DNA of 64,000 bases from the human T2T-CHM13v2.0 reference genome, Homo sapiens. Of this stretch, positions 26,726 to 43,207 are shown one piece after another; position 1 is the first letter of the stretch, and each line of letters opens with the position of its first letter. The notes under the pieces were generated by a model. That model saw only the letters and a program-made list of their open reading frames with translations, did no database searches and was not told the origin of the DNA. The position numbers and the translations under genes are program-made. The stretch lies in NCBI RefSeq assembly GCF_009914755.1, contig NC_060930.1. The stretch is one strand, 5' to 3'.

Positions 26726-29700
26726 ATCTAATCATGGAGATAGGTGTTTTGTGACCCAACAGCCCTCATTTGGATTCTAGACCCAAATCCGTAACACACT
26801 AACTGTGTAACTGGGGCAGGTTACTCTGAGGCTGTTCGAGTCTCCGAATCCTCATTTGTAGAATGGCACAGAAGTGCCCACTCTATTATAGAGTTGTTAA
26901 TGGGATTAAATTAGTGAATGTAAAGCTCTTGGCACCCAGTGCTGGGAAGGGCAGCTATGGAGATGATAATCATTCCCCTTTGCCCCCCCTTCCCAATCCT
27001 GGCACCCAGGACCAAGGCCAGTGCTCTCAGCAGGAGGGAAGCAAGAGCACTGGCTTGACCCATTGGTGCTCAGGACGGGTAGCACTAAACAGTCCTTCCA
27101 ATCAACTTCACGTTTCAAGTGCCTCACCGAGGATGTTGATAGCAATGGGTACAGTTGAGTAACAGTTTACTCGTATTATTTCATTAGATATTTTTATTAG
27201 TGCCGTTATTTCCATGCTTTTGAAGGAATTCATGAGTTTTCAACTTGTAAATGCAACACAGTTTAAAATAGCAGTCTTTAAAAGTTATGGTTGTAAGTTT
27301 TAGGCCCTCTGAATTAATGTCCTGCCCTATGTGTCTGGGCATGAGGCCACAGATGCCACACAGACTGTACCTAGTGCTGAGTGGAGCCTATGTGGAAGGG
27401 CTGCAGGGTTCAGCTAGAAGTATCCACTGGGGCAAAGCTAGTGTTGGAAAGATCCTGGTCTGGCAGCAGAATGGGCATCAACGTTGTAAGACTGCATGTA
27501 GCAGGGGGTGGCTGGATCACCTGGAGCCCAGGGACAAGCCTTGGCACATCTATCCCTTCTGATTGATTTTACATATTGAAGTCTGCTCTCATGGGTCTCC
27601 TTGCCTTGAAGATAATTTTCTCTCTTTCCTGCTAAGGTCCTGAACGTTTCTGGCACATTACTTGGACCTGATGGTAAACTCATTGCTTTGTCACAAGGCA
27701 CTGGGAGGTTATCAGCACTGAGATGCTTTCCAATGTGCAGTCTCAACCCAGTGCCCTCGGCACACCCACTTCACTTAGACAGTGGGACCTCAATAAAAAT
27801 GTGTCTGAAAGGACACTGTGCCATCATTATCGGTTTAACGGCCAGGGCCAATGAGGAGAAGGGAGCAATGTTGAGAAGTGTAAATGTGAGGGATATCTCA
27901 CAAAGCACGTAGGAAGCCAAGAAATGTAGGTGAAATGGACAGGAAAGATTTCTTTTTTTCCATAAGCCTCTTCATGTTTATCTTGGAAGTGAAGAATTCT
28001 GAGACTACTCCATGAATTGTCATTGTGGTAGCTACTCAGTTATTCTTAGATAAAACCAGCGGTCCCAAATCTCAGATAACTGTCAGGAATAATGTCAGAA
28101 AAGTCAAGATGAAATCTTTCTGTGCTTTTGAGCATCACACTTGGTTTTGATGCAGGTGGCCAAACCACACTGTCCTGCAGGATGGCCACTCTGTCAGTTG
28201 GTGACTTCTTGCTCCAGGGAGCCCTGGGAGCTGATAACTCTTGGTTGGGGAATGTTCCTTTAGCTTTTTACCAATTCAGTCTTTCACTGACTGGTTATTC
28301 TTGCTTTTGTGGGCGGCCATACAAATCATGTGCTGTGGGGAAGTCATGTCAATCATTTCACTGTCTACAGGATTCCCTGGAAGCTTGAAGCAATTTTTCA
28401 GATAATTAAGTCCACAGAATACTTTTTTTTCCTCAATGATTGGGATATCTCAAGTGAGTCAAAACTTTATTGCGATTGCCTCAATTCTCCATTTTCCTGG
28501 TCATATATCAAAAAAGACTTTCTGCTTCCTATATGTGGGGCTTAGCATCCACATTGTAATTCACCAGAGACTCTCTGGAGAGCTTGGCTTGGTCCCATGT
28601 ATCCTAGTACAAGCTTGCCACTGGTCTAAGTTAGAAAATATACAGATTTGGGGCCCACAGAAATGTCCAATTTTATACTTTTTTTTTTTAAATGGAGAGG
28701 AGTCTCTGAGTGAGAGAGGATTTGGAAAAATGGCCAGCAGATAACAATAACAATAGTGACTAACATTTATTGAGTACATACCATGTGTTAACTGTGTGAA
28801 ATAATTTTCATGTAAACCTTTTGGCAACCTAAGGTTGGCAGCATGGAAGCTTTGAGAGTGTAAGTTTCTTGTCCAGAATTTTATAACTAGAAAGTGACAG
28901 AGCCTGGATTCCAACCTATACCCATGGACACCAGAGTGTCTATATGTGTCTTTCCAGTGAGCGATGGTTCACACTCATTGGAAACATGAGTGCCATTGGA
29001 ACATACTAGTCAATATGATGCCGAAAACAGTAACAGAAAGAGTGCAGGTGTTGAATACGTGTTCCTTTTCACACTGGAAAGAAAGATGGTGAGAAGTTGG
29101 CATGTCTTCCACGCAATTCCATCCCATCAGCTGGTCTCCAAATTCCCACTCCTCTTGGTTCCCACTTCTCTTTGTCTCTTTCCAGAAGGAAACAAACTCC
29201 CTGATGACCCTCACTGAAAATTCACAAACTTTACAAATTTCAATAGATTAGCTGTGGCTTCTTTTTAAAATACTCATAGGTAGCTGGGTCCTGGAGAGCT
29301 CTAAAGCCCTCTAATTTTGCTTGCAGACGGAAGAAGGGAAACTCGAGTCACTGGAGACAAAGGGGCAAAGGCATGGGTTTGGCGGCAGAGGGAAAGAAAT
29401 GGTCTGTGACCAGGGCTTAAGCTGCCTGTGTTGGCTCTGAGTGACAGTATGCTCTTGCTCCAAGGACCTTAATTGGCTGATAGAGTGATTGCTTTGGCCA
29501 AAGGTCCAATTAATACTCAAGATTTGAGGACTGGTTTTCCAACCCCAGTTGGATGACTTTCCTGGCAAGCAAAGGTTACCGCTGTAAATTCAACTTGCTT
29601 CCTTAACTGGGCACCCACTCTATAATGTGAGGCTATCATTCTGTCTGGTTAATTCCAGACAAGACTTTGTGAGCAGATGGGGAATTTGGATTTTCAAATT

Positions 29701-32434
29701 CGAAAAAAAAAAAAAAAGCATAAGTGAGTGTGAGTTTTATGTAGTTACCTCGATGCTCCACCTTGTGGAAAATGTGCTAAATCCCAATGTAGGAGGAGGC
29801 AGGATTGCAAATGTGAAGCAGAGTGGTTGGCCCAGGGGTTTATGCTCACTGAGAATGTTCTCATCAATAGCTTGCTGTGATTGGCTATGGACCTATTGAA
29901 ATCACCATTAAACTAGAAAACAAAGTTACTCAGCCCTCGTGTGGAAAGTGTCTAAGACAGTAATGCAGAGGCCGTAGTCTGAAGGTGGCACCTCGCACTA
30001 CAGAACAATGGTAGGAGCTCCAGGTTCGGATCATGGTTCTGAATTTACTAGTTGTGTGCACTTAAGTTGCTTAGTCTAATTAATAAAGCAGGGATGATAA
30101 TTCCTCTTTACAGCTTTGTTGCAAGGATTGCATTAAAGAAAACATGTAAAAGCATAAGGGCATTCAATTAATGTTACAAGAGCCCTTCCCTCAACCCCAA
30201 GGGCGGCTGCAGCTGTTCAGCCTGACACTTTATGTGTGTTGGTCACAGTGCTGTCTTGGAGAATCACATACGGGATAGTGCTTACCTCCCCATAGCAGCC
30301 ACGTCATAGCAAATAGCTCATTAGCATGCAGTTTCTTCCCTCCCTGTTCAGCAGCCCAGCAGACAAGCTGTCTCAGAGCCTGGATTTCAGCATGTTGCAC
30401 TCACCGCAAATATCCTGCAGGCTGCCCACTCCATTCTGCTGCCCTTCGCAAGGCTTCACTTTGCCCTCCAACCCTTTTTTTCTCTTGTTTACCAGATGGA
30501 ACGAAGTCTGTTTGTGGAAACACCCTTCCCCTCTGTTTACTTGGACCTGATTTTGAAAGTAACAAGTCACTTTATTTGGGCTGGAGGAAAAAGCACTAAA
30601 CCAGATGTTGAGGTGACCGGGATTCCTGGAAGACATTCTTCTCTCCAACGAGACACATGATGCATGAAGTAGGAGCCCCTGGCAAGGAGCCCAGGCTGCC
30701 ATGGCCTCGCTCGCTCCTGCTTCCCGGCATGGCCCCGAGGCTAGCTGCCTCTGTACTGCCTGAGCATCGTCCCCTGGCGTGTCACCAGACTACCCACTAC
30801 CTGTGCTTGCACCTGCAGGTGGGCAGTTCAGTCGTTGCAGGCTGAAGCTCCCTGTCACAGGAGTCCATCAGCACTGGAGTTTACCAAATGGCCCAGTCCA
30901 GGTCTGTGTCATATTGTTTTGCAAAAGCAAGAAAACTCATTCAGAGCTTGTTACTTTTATCCCTGACTTCCTAAGTGAGCAGTGTAGCCAGAGAACTACA
31001 TCCCCTGACATCCTTTAAGAGCCATGACCACTCCTGCCCTTGCTTTGTGACAGGCACTCCTGGATGCTGAAGTGCTGTTGCTGTGCACCACTATGCATCC
31101 TGTGTGAGGATGAGCACTCCAGTCCTTGCTCCCTCTTCCCGTGGCTGGCTCATTAGCCAGAGCAAACTGTGGCCTTGAAGGAGCAGAAGGAGCATTTGAC
31201 TCTTCCCAGCTCTCAGTCTTTGGAAAATTGAGCAAAGTGGAATGAAAGCCATTTATTCATTTAACTGGCAGTTATTTATTGAGCATCTATTATGTGGCAG
31301 GCACTGTGGTGACACTGAAAAGAGAAGGGTGAACAAGGACAGTCCTGAGCTCAAGCAGGCTGCTGGCAGGTGGTAGTGGGGGCAGACAAGCAAAGGGGCA
31401 CCCATGCCATGGCCTGCAATGCACCACCTCCAGGACAAGGTTTGGGACCCATCCCTGGGTCTTGGGGGACATTCTAAAAGGAAGCAGTGGCTCAGCATAG
31501 ACCTGAAGGACAAGAAGGCACCAGTCATGTGTGGAGTGGGTTGGTGGAGATGCGCAGAGTGCAAGGAGGTCTGGAGGTGAGACCTCCAGGCAGAATGGAG
31601 GGAGGTGTGTCCCATAGCATGTGGACTCTAAGGGGCTGGGAGATCTTAGGGGTCCCTGGAGGCTGACTGAAGGCTGGCCAGGGAGCCTGCCTGGTAAGGG
31701 CCTCCAAGGTCAGGTTTGGGTGTAAGAGTAGCCATTTCTAGCACTGGTTGAGGTGCACTTCCCTGTCAGTGCCCCAAAATCCTTCAGCAGTGTCTGATAC
31801 GATGTTCTAGACTGGCATTGTTTCCAGTGCAGGCCCTGTCTCATTCTTCAGGAAGCATGCTCATGGCAATACCCGGAGTCTCCACTGCAAGACCAGAGTG
31901 ACGGAGGCAGCAGAGCTCCTCAGCAGGCCAGGAGTCTCCAGAGGCACTGCCGAATGTCTAAGAAGCAACCTCATTGTATTCCCAAGACTTGGGAATCCAG
32001 GTCTCGCAGATACGATGATACAATCTATAGCCAGGACATCTCTTCATGTGTAGGTAAGTAGGGGATGGGGTAAGTTCATCTGGTGTTTCTAGGCTTTCTT
32101 GATTTTCTATATGCCACTGACGCCTTTCACCTTCATCCAATTTTCAATGAATACTAGGATAAGCAACTATCCCAGTCTTCCCAGGATTGAGGGGCTTCTC
32201 CAGATGCTGCACTTCTGGTGCTAAAAATGAGAAACTGAAATGAATTAGTCACCCAAGGAATGCTGACCCTGTGCTATATGATCACATTTACTCTTTAAAG
32301 CAATGCTTTGAGGTAGGTAATATTATTTCCATTTTAAATAATTTATAAATAAGAGATAAAGTGTGATTCCCAAGGCCATTATCCAGTAAGTGATAGAGAC
32401 TGGGTTTAGGTTATATTGTCTGATTTAAAGCCAG

Positions 32435-32680
32435 TATATTTGTTATCTGCATAATAAATTACTCCAAATCTTGGGCTTAAACCAACAATACGAGTTTATT
32501 AATCCATAGTTTCTGTGGATCAGAAGTTGAGGAGCAGTTTAGCTGGATGGTTCTGGCTCAGGATCTCTCATGATAGGATCTCTCCTCATAGTATTGGGGG
32601 CTGTGGTCATCTGAAGGCCTGACTGGGGCTGGAGGACCTGACTTCAGGATGGTGCACTCACATGGCTGCTGGCAGGGAAC
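32435..32680 (-). mobile_element. MLT1 LTR fragment
   Basis: AGTTTCTGTGGATCAG...TTAGCTGGATGGTTCTGGCTCAGG...GACTGGGGCTGGAGGA. Confidence 0.6.
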
Positions 32681-33292
32681 TACACAAGAGACAGGCTACC
32701 ATAGTGACTGTGTATCTGATGCTTCCACAGCTACCCCTTAGGACTCTAAGTCCTAGAATTGGGACTAGAAGTGGGGATTAAAGGGATTCCATAGGATGAG
32801 ATTGACTAAAAATATATATACATGAATAGGCATACACAGGAATATTCATTATATGTGTAAATACCATCATTTGTATTCAGGCACACCTTGTTTTATTGTG
32901 GCTTTATTGCACTTCACAGATATTGTATTTTTTTTAGAAATTGAAGGTTTGTGACAACCCTGTGTTGAGCAAGTCTATCAGCACTGTTTTTCCAACAGCA
33001 TGTGCTCACTTTGTGTCTCTGTGTCACATTTTGGTAACTCTTACAATATTTTGAACGTTTTTATGACTATTATATCTGTTGTGGTAATCTGTGATCTTTG
33101 ATATTACTATTGTAATTGTTTTGGAGCTTCATGAACCATGCCCATATAAGATGGCAAATTTAATTGATAAATGTCGTGTGTGTTCTGACTGCTCCACCGA
33201 CCAGCGTCTCCTTCATTTCTCTCCCTCTCTTCAAGCCTCCCTATTCCCCAAGATACAATAATATTGAAATTAGGCCAATCACTAAGCCTACA

Positions 33293-35050
33293 ATGGTTTC
33301 TAAGTGTTCCAGTGAAAGGAAAAGTTGCATGTCTCTAATTTTAAATTAAAAGCTAGAAATTATTAAGAGTGTGAGGAAGGCATGTTGAAAGCCCAGACAG
33401 GTTGAAAGCTAGCTAGGCCTCTTATGTCAAACAAGCCAAGTTGTGAATGCAAAGAAAAAGTTCTTGAAAAGTTAAAAGTCCTACTCTAGTGAACACATGA
33501 ATGATAAGAAAACAAAACAGCCTTAGTGCTGATAGGGAGAAAGTTTGAGTGGTCTGAATAGAAGATCAAACCAGCCACCACATTCCCATAAGCCAAAGCC
33601 TAATCCAGAGCAAGGCCCCCAACTCTCTTCAATTCTATTGAGTAAGACTGTTCTTGTGTTGCTATAAAGAAATACCTGAGGCTGGGTGATTTGTAAAGAA
33701 AAGAGGTCTAATTGGCTCCTGGTTCTGCAGGCTGTATAAGAAGTATGGTGCTGACACTTGCTTCTGGTGAGGGCCTGAGGGAGCTTTTGATTGTGGCAGA
33801 AGGTAAAGGGGAAGCAGGCACATCACACAGTGAGAATGGGAGCAAGAGAGGGAGTGGGGGCTGCCACACACTTTTAAACAACCAGATCTCACCAGAACTC
33901 ACTCACCCTCATGAGGACAGCACCAAGACATGAGGGATTCACCCGCCATGACCCAATCACCGCCCACCAGGCCCCACCTCCAACATTGGGAATCATATGT
34001 TAACATGATATTTTAAGGGGACAAACATCCAAACTGTATCATCTGTGAAGGCTGACAGAGCTGAGGAAGCTGCAAAAGAAAAGTCTGAAGCTATCAGAGA
34101 CTGGATCGTGAGGTTTAAGGAAAGAAGCCATCTTCATAACATAAAAGTGCAAGGTGAAGCAGCAAGTGCTGATGGAGAAGCTCCAGCAAATTGTCCAGAA
34201 GACGTAGCTCAGATCACTGATGAAGGTGATTACACTAAACAATAGATTTCTAAGGTGGATAAATCAGCCTTGCATTGGAAAAAGATGTCATCTAGGACTT
34301 TCATAGCTAGAGAAGAGAAGTCAATGCCTGGCTTCCAAGCTTCAAGGGGCAGGCTGGCTCTTTTGTTAGGGGCTAATGCAGCTGGTGACTTTAAGTTGAA
34401 GTCAGTGCTCCTTTACCATTCCTAAAATGCTAGAGTCCCTATGAATGATGCTCAATCTACTCTGCCTGTGCTCTATCGGTGAAACATCAAAGTCTGGGTG
34501 ACAGCACATCTGTTTACAGTATGGTTTACTGAATATTTTAAGCCCTCTGTTGAGACCTACTGCCCAGATTAAAAAAAAAAAGATTCCTTTCAAAATATTA
34601 CTATTCACTAACAATGCACCTAGTCACCCAAGAGCTCTGATGAAGATGGAGACGAATGTTATGTTCATGCCTGCTAATACAACGATCTATTCTGCAACCT
34701 GTGGATCAAGGACTAATTTCGACTTTCAGTCTTATTATTTCAGATATACACTTTCTAAGGCTATAGTTGCCCTAGACAGTGATTCCTCTGATGGATCTGG
34801 GAAAAGTTAATTGAAAACCTCTGGAAGGGATTTATCATTTTAGATGCCATTAAGAACATTTGTGATTCCTGGAAGGATGTTCAGAAGTTTGGAGGAAGTT
34901 GATTCCAACCCTCTTGGATGACTTAGAGGGGTTCAAGGCTTCAGTGGAGAAAATCACTGTAAATGTGATAAAAATAGCAAGAGCACTAGAATTACAAGTG
35001 AAGGCTGAAGATGTGACTGAACTGCTGCCATCTCATGATAAAGCTTAGAT
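33293..35050 (+). pseudogene. Dead Tigger1 (pogo/CENP-B-like) transposase
   Basis: Starts MVSKCSSERKS; fragments [21 protein letters not shown] and IPFKILLFTNNAPSHP; early stop at 33349, frameshifts and an LTR insertion; end coordinate approximate. Confidence 0.8.
33639..34041 (-). mobile_element. MSTB-like solo LTR nested in Tigger1
   Basis: TTGCTATAAAGAAATACCTGAGGCTGGG...CAAACATCCAAACTGTATCA; 5-bp TSD TCTAT (33634) and TCTGT (34042). Confidence 0.88.
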
Positions 35051-35669
35051 GGATGAGGGGCTGATTCTGTGGATGAGCAAAGAAAGCAGTTCCTTGAGGT
35101 GGAACCTACTTCTGCTGAAGATGCTGTGAACATTGTTGAAATGACAGCAAAGGATTTAGAGTATTACTTGAACTTGCTTGATAAAGTAGTAGCAGGCTTT
35201 GAGAAGACTGATTCCAGTTTTGAAAGTTCTGGGTAAATGCTATCAAACAGCATTGGAGGCTACAGAGAAATCTTTTGTGAAAGGAAAAGTCATAGATGCA
35301 TCAAACTTCATTGTCCTAAAGAAATAGCACAGCCACCCCAACCTTCAGCAACCACCACTCTGATCAGTTAGCAACCATTAACAGTGAGGCAAGACCTGCA
35401 AGCAAAAGGGTGATGACTTGCTGATTGTTAGCATTTTTAAAGCAATAAGTACTTTTTAATTAAGGTATGTACATTGCTCCTTTAGACATAATGCTATTGC
35501 ATACTTAATAGACTACTGTATAGTGTGAACATAATTTTATATGCACTAGGAAACCAAAAGTTTGTGTGATTCCCTTTTTTTTTTTTTTGCAGTAGTCTGA
35601 AACTGAACTCACAATATCTCCAAGGTATGCCTGTACTCAAATAAGTGTGCTTTTAAAATAATCACCATT

Positions 35670-35998
<329 letters not shown>

Positions 35999-37349
35999 CT
36001 AAGGAGGTTTCCATCACACCAAATATTTTTGTTTGGATATTAATTATGGATAATAGTTTATTCCTGATTTTCCAAACTTTATAATATCAATGAATATATC
36101 ATTTTATAATCACAAAAACGTTTTGTTCCAAGTTTTATAATATAAACATATGTATTAATTTTATAACCAGATGAAAGCTCTTTTAAAAAACATTTTTATA
36201 ATATATATTAACACATATATGATGGATACTGCTTGGATTTCCACTTATGTCTTTATAAATAAGCAGCCTGTTCAGATGTTTCAGAAGGTAAAATATATAC
36301 TATTACTAACAGATACAATCACATATAGAATTGTATATTCCATTATATGTGCAAGTATGTACACCATTTCCTGGAATTCAAATTGGTGGGAGGGTAGGGA
36401 AGGGAGGAAGGTTAGGAAACCAGAGATGCCAACAATAAGACATTGGAGAGAAGATAAATGGGAAAGACTTTGAGTGAATGTTACCCAGTCCCAGCACAGC
36501 GTTGCTGGGTGGTCCATGTTAATTTGAAGGAGCTGGAATTGGACAGTCACAACTACTCTTTCTGAACCTTAGTTACTTCATTTGTAAAGCAGGGGAAGAT
36601 AGTGACACTTGTGCTTTCAACTCCATCGAGCTGTCGTAAAAAAGAAATGAGAAACTGCATGTGAAAATACTTGGAAAAGTGTAAAGTCCTAACCCGGAGG
36701 AAGGTGCTCCCACCACCATCATTAGAGCTGTTATCTCTGGAAGCGTACCAAGACCTCCTAGGGGCAGGGCTGCTGCTCCCAGAACCATGCACTACTACTG
36801 CTTTGCAGCCCTGGAAGCCCTTCTTTGAACAGTAATAGCTACACTTCTTGCTCCAGTTGTCAGACACCTTAGCCACGGTATTTTCTTAAGCTCTGCTTCC
36901 ATGTGCGGCCTGGAAGTGCATGGTTCTGTGGATGGAAACGAGGCTGTTGGCAGGGCTCTTTGCTTGTGTCTTCTTGCTTATGCCTGGATGTGAGGTCAGG
37001 TGGGGTAGGTGTGCACAAGGCCTGCCACCTGGTGTTGGTGTGTACACAGGGCTGGCATCAGGCCACAGAGCTCCTAAGGAAGCAAGTGCAAATGGTCCCA
37101 AAGGCAGTAAATGGAACATGCGAGTAAACCTTAACACTTTTTTTCACATTCCTTGCCACATCAGCAAGGCCAAAAATGGGAGAATTGCATTTCTTTGACA
37201 AATATTTCTTTTTTATTCATTTTCTTATAAAATTATCCCCAACCTGTCTGAAGAGTCTGCCAGCCATTCATGTATCTATACGAGGCAGTTTTATGGGGAT
37301 GGCATAAGCAAATTCCCCACTAAGACTTTCAGCTCTCTGTGAAAAATGA

Positions 37350-38690
<1,341 letters not shown>

Positions 38691-38976
38691 ACAACCTGTT
38701 CTTGGCTTCCACTGCCAACAGCAGTGTATGGAAGTCCCAGTTGCTTCACGTCCCAACCAACATTTGGTTTATCAAACTTCAGAGTTTCTGACATCCTAAT
38801 GTAATGGTATCTTATTATGATTTTCGTTTGCATCTCTTGGATTACTAATAAATTTGAGCATCTAAAAATAAGTTTATCGGCCATTTGAATTTCCTTTTGC
38901 ATGAAATGCCTGTTTGAGTTGGTTGCCATTTTTCTGTTGAGTTGTCATATTCTTATTCATTATTAGAAAGATCCCT

Positions 38977-39323
38977 TGTATTAGTCCGTTTTCACACTGC
39001 TGATAAAGAAATACCTGAGACTGGCCAGTTTACAAGGGAAAGAGGTTTAATGGAGAACTCACAGTTCCACATGCCTGGGGGAGCCTCACAATCTTGGCAG
39101 AAGGTGAATGGCACAGCTCACATGGTGGCAGACAAGAGAAGAGGGCTTGTGCAGGAAAACTCCCCTTTATGATAACCATCAGATCTCATGAGACTTACTC
39201 ACTATCACAAGAACAGCACGGGAAAGACCTGCCCCCCATGATTCAATTACCTTTCACTGAGTCCCTCCCACACATGTGGGAATTCAAGACAAGATTTGGG
39301 TGGGACACAGCCAAACCATATCA
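38977..39323 (-). mobile_element. THE1B-like solo LTR nested in an old L1M
   Basis: TGTATTAGTCCGTTTTCACACTGCTGATAAAGA...CCAAACCATATCA; perfect TSD TCCCT at 38972 and 39324. Confidence 0.92.
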
Positions 39324-39499
39324 TCCCTGTACATATCATTGATATTAGACTTTGTGGGTTATATGTATTACAAGTATCTTCTTTCACTCTTTGCCTTGTT
39401 TTCTTATTTTCTCCAGTATGTTTTTTGGTGAAAGTATGTTTTTAATTTTAGGATTGCCAAATACCTTACAAGCAGAAATTACAAGAATTTCTGCTTATA

Positions 39500-40220
39500 A
39501 GAGTCCGTTGGGGGAAGCTCTCTCAGGTTTTGTTTGTCTGAAAAGGTTATTATTTATTCTTCGTTCTTGAAAAAATAATTTGACTCGGTATGGAGTTCCA
39601 GGATGACAGTAACTGAAAAAATTTCGCAAACTGAAAAAAAAATTCTACTCTCTTTTGGCTTTGATTATTGTTGATAAGAAATAACCTTTAATGTAACTCC
39701 TTCCCTTTGAAGGTTGTTGTCTTTTCTCTCTGGCTTGCATTGAAAACCTGCTTGTCTTTGATGTTCTTTGGTTGTTGTTGTTGTTTTTAATAATGCATCT
39801 ACCTTTGGATTTATTTTATTTAACCCACAGGGAATTTATTGGGCTTCCTGGCTCTGACAGTTTGAGTCTTTCAACAAATCTGGAAATCTCTCAGTCATTA
39901 TTGTATTGAATATCACCTCTTCTTCATTCTCTCTCATGTCTTCTACTGAACTCTAAACATATATTACATCTTCTTATTCTCTCTTCCATCTCTTTGTTTC
40001 TCTGGGCTGCATTTTGGATTTCTTCATGCCTATTTTCTAGTTTAGTAATTGTTTCTTTGGTTGTGCTTAATCTGCTGTTTAACACGTCTAATAAACTTTT
40101 AAATCTGAATATTATAATTTTCATTTCTAGAAGTTCTACTTTACAAATTTGGTTCTCCTTACAAATGTGCTCGTTTATTTTCAAAACTCTAAAGGAAATA
40201 AAAATATTTATTAAAATACT
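39500..40220 (-). mobile_element. Ancient L1M/HAL1 ORF1-region remnant
   Basis: Minus frame LNSRLSTTKETITKLE...IQNAAQRNKEME...RRCNI resembles the ORF1p coiled-coil/RRM junction. Confidence 0.6.
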
Positions 40221-40221
40221 T

Positions 40222-40509
40222 GGCCAGGCACAGTGGCTCACATCTGTAATCCCAGAACTTTGGAAGGCCAAGGCAGGAGGACAGCTTGAGGTCAGGAGTT
40301 TGAGATAAGCCTGGGTAATGTAGTGAGACCCCCAACTCTACTATATATATATATATGCCAGGCATGGCGGGTGTGCACCTGTAGTCCTAGTCTCGGGAGA
40401 CTAAGGTGGGAGGATTGCTAGAGCCTGGGAGCTTGAGACTGCAGTGAGCTGGAATTGTGCCATTGCATTCCAGCCTGAGTGACAGCGATACCCTGTCTTC
40501 AAAAATAAA
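40222..40509 (+). mobile_element. AluJ with (TA)n in its linker
   Basis: J diagnostics (GGAGGATTGC, CTGTAGTCC); TSD TAAAATACTT at 40212 and 40510. Confidence 0.88.
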
Positions 40510-40582
40510 TAAAATACTTATTTTATATTCTATTTGATAGGTTCCATATCGAAAATCTTGGTCTCTCTGACATCTAATCTAA

Positions 40583-40624
<42 letters not shown>
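40583..40624. repeat. (TATC)n
   Basis: About 10 perfect units. Confidence 0.92.
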
Positions 40625-41157
40625 GACACAGAGATGTGCCACCTATATTCCACATCAAGGAAAGAGTTGACGCCCAGATGTCTATGCCCAGCTGTGGGGA
40701 GAAATGAGCTCAGCAGGCAGCCTCCATCTGCAGGGAGCTGCCTTGCCTACGGCCATGCCCTATTCAAAATAGACTGCATCTGAGGACAGAGTGAGGGTAT
40801 CAAGACCTGGCCATTTTGTGAGGGTATCAAGACCTGGCACCTCTCATGGATGATATTTTCACACACTGGGTTGAACAAGGGTTTGTTAGAGCTACATTAC
40901 AGTTCAACTTCTCCTTCTCCTCCCTTTCACAGTTGCTGACCCTAATAAACACTGTATTCCAAGGTCTGACCCTGTGGCTGCTTCCAAAGCACCCAATCTG
41001 CAACATGCAACATGTGTGGGTGTGTCTGCATGTTCTGCTGCTACTTGCTCATGTTCCTGGCTCTTGTTCCTTGTTTCCTTCTGTATTTCTGTTTCTTGAG
41101 ACTTTATCTGTTGAAATTCTTTGAGATTGAGTTGAGGTTGGGTTCCTTTTGAGAGTA

Positions 41158-41502
41158 CAGATGGTCCCTGACTTATGATGGTTTGACTTCACAATTTTTT
41201 GACTTTACTATGGTGCAAAAGTGATATGCATTCACGGAAAACTGCATGATCCTCTTTTGAGATGCTAGGCAGTCAGCCAGGGGATCATGATCGTAAGGGC
41301 AAACAACTGATAAGTGACAGTGAGCTGTGTTGTCTGTTGCCCAGCTGCAGGCTAATGTAAATTCTGAGCACAACGAAGGTGACTAGGCCAAGCTCTGATG
41401 TTTGGTAGGCTAGTCATATTAAATGCATTTTAGACCTATGATATTTTCAACTTACAATGAGTTTATCAGGAGGTAACCTCATGGTAAGTCGAGGAGCACC
41501 TG
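41158..41502. mobile_element. MER47A-like (TcMar-Tigger) MITE
   Basis: TA-CAGATGGTCCCTGACTTA ... TAAGTCGAGGAGCACCTG-TA; TIRs with TA duplication. Confidence 0.82.
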
Positions 41503-42762
41503 TATATGACATTTCTTCTAGAAGTCACCTGGGGCATGACCAGCTTGAGACCAATTTGTCTGTTTTTTCAAAACACAGACATAGTGTGTATTGGCTGAAA
41601 ACCCATATGAGTGGGGATTGTAGTTAAGACTTCTCAAGATAGGCATGTTCTTTCTTTCCCCTTCTTTGCTAGTCTGTTTCCTACTTACCCTTATACTAAG
41701 GCTATAGACGTTCTAGGCTTCACTTGGTGGGGCAGTCTCTCCACCTTGGGTGGGCTTAATTTTCTGTTTCTCATGCCCCTGTAGCTCTCAAATGGAAACG
41801 AAAGGTCATCAGAGTTCAGTACTTAGTTTTGGGTGGAGGCTGCTTTGGATCTTCCTTACTTTCCGTAGTTCCCAGGCTCAGTATCTTACTTTGAAACTGG
41901 AAACTCCTGCTTCCAAGTTTCAGAGTAAGATAGATGCCTCACTTTATTGCTGGCATGTTGATTCACTAAAATGTTATTTTCTTTTGTTTCATATTTATCC
42001 AGTTTCATTTATTTTCCTTTTCTGAAATTGGGGCTGGGTCATTTAGGGTTTCTAGTCCACCAGACTTGGAAATAAATGTCTGGAGTCACGTTTAAGTGGA
42101 CTTTACCTAAAAGGGCCACCTGGAGAGCCAGAGACCCGACCGGGGAGAGAGTTTGTGTTGATTGGACCATCAGAAACAGAGTTAATAGGGAGTTGTAAGT
42201 GGCTAAACATGGGAAGCAGGGAGCTTTTTGAGAGATCCACAGTTATGCAGAACGTCTCTTAAATGTACTCCAGGAAAAATAGTCAGTTTTGGGGGTCCCC
42301 AAGACAAGGGAGCACTATTAGAAGGTGGAGGCACTGTCTGCCAAATCAGAGCTTCCCTGGCCTTGGCTTTCTCCCAGGAGGAGCCAGAGGAGGATTTGTG
42401 AGGAGGGGACAGTACAGAAGCATGAAGCTTAGAAAGACAAGAGACCCCTGCCCACTCCAAGGCCTCCAAGGCAAAGCCGAGAGTGGGGAGAAGCTTTAAG
42501 TAAAGTTCAGAATTTTGATTAAGACAGAGGAACAAGTACACCAATGGCAAAAAGAAGACCACTCTTGTATATTCTTACAACTATGGTTGTACCCAGTCTC
42601 CCTTCCAGAGGAGGGCAGGAACAAATTCCACAGGACAGGTTGAAATGAGGGGTGCATAGAATAAAGGCATTTCCTGGTAGAACCTTGTGAATCCTCTCTT
42701 TTAACATGGAAACTGCCTAGGATTCATGCCAGAATACCAAGTAGTTGGAGGGATAAGAGTAG

Positions 42763-43207
<445 letters not shown>

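Larger units (their letters stand above)
32878..35633 (+). mobile_element. Near full-length Tigger1 DNA transposon interrupted by an MST LTR
   Basis: TIRs CAGGCACACCTTG / CAAGGTATGCCTG-TA; about 2.35 kb after removing the LTR. Confidence 0.92.

Noticed and set aside
24361-31707. Numerous 60-165 aa ORFs
   Set aside because: No homology I recognise; several overlap MIR, L2 or MER repeats and occur in conflicting frames
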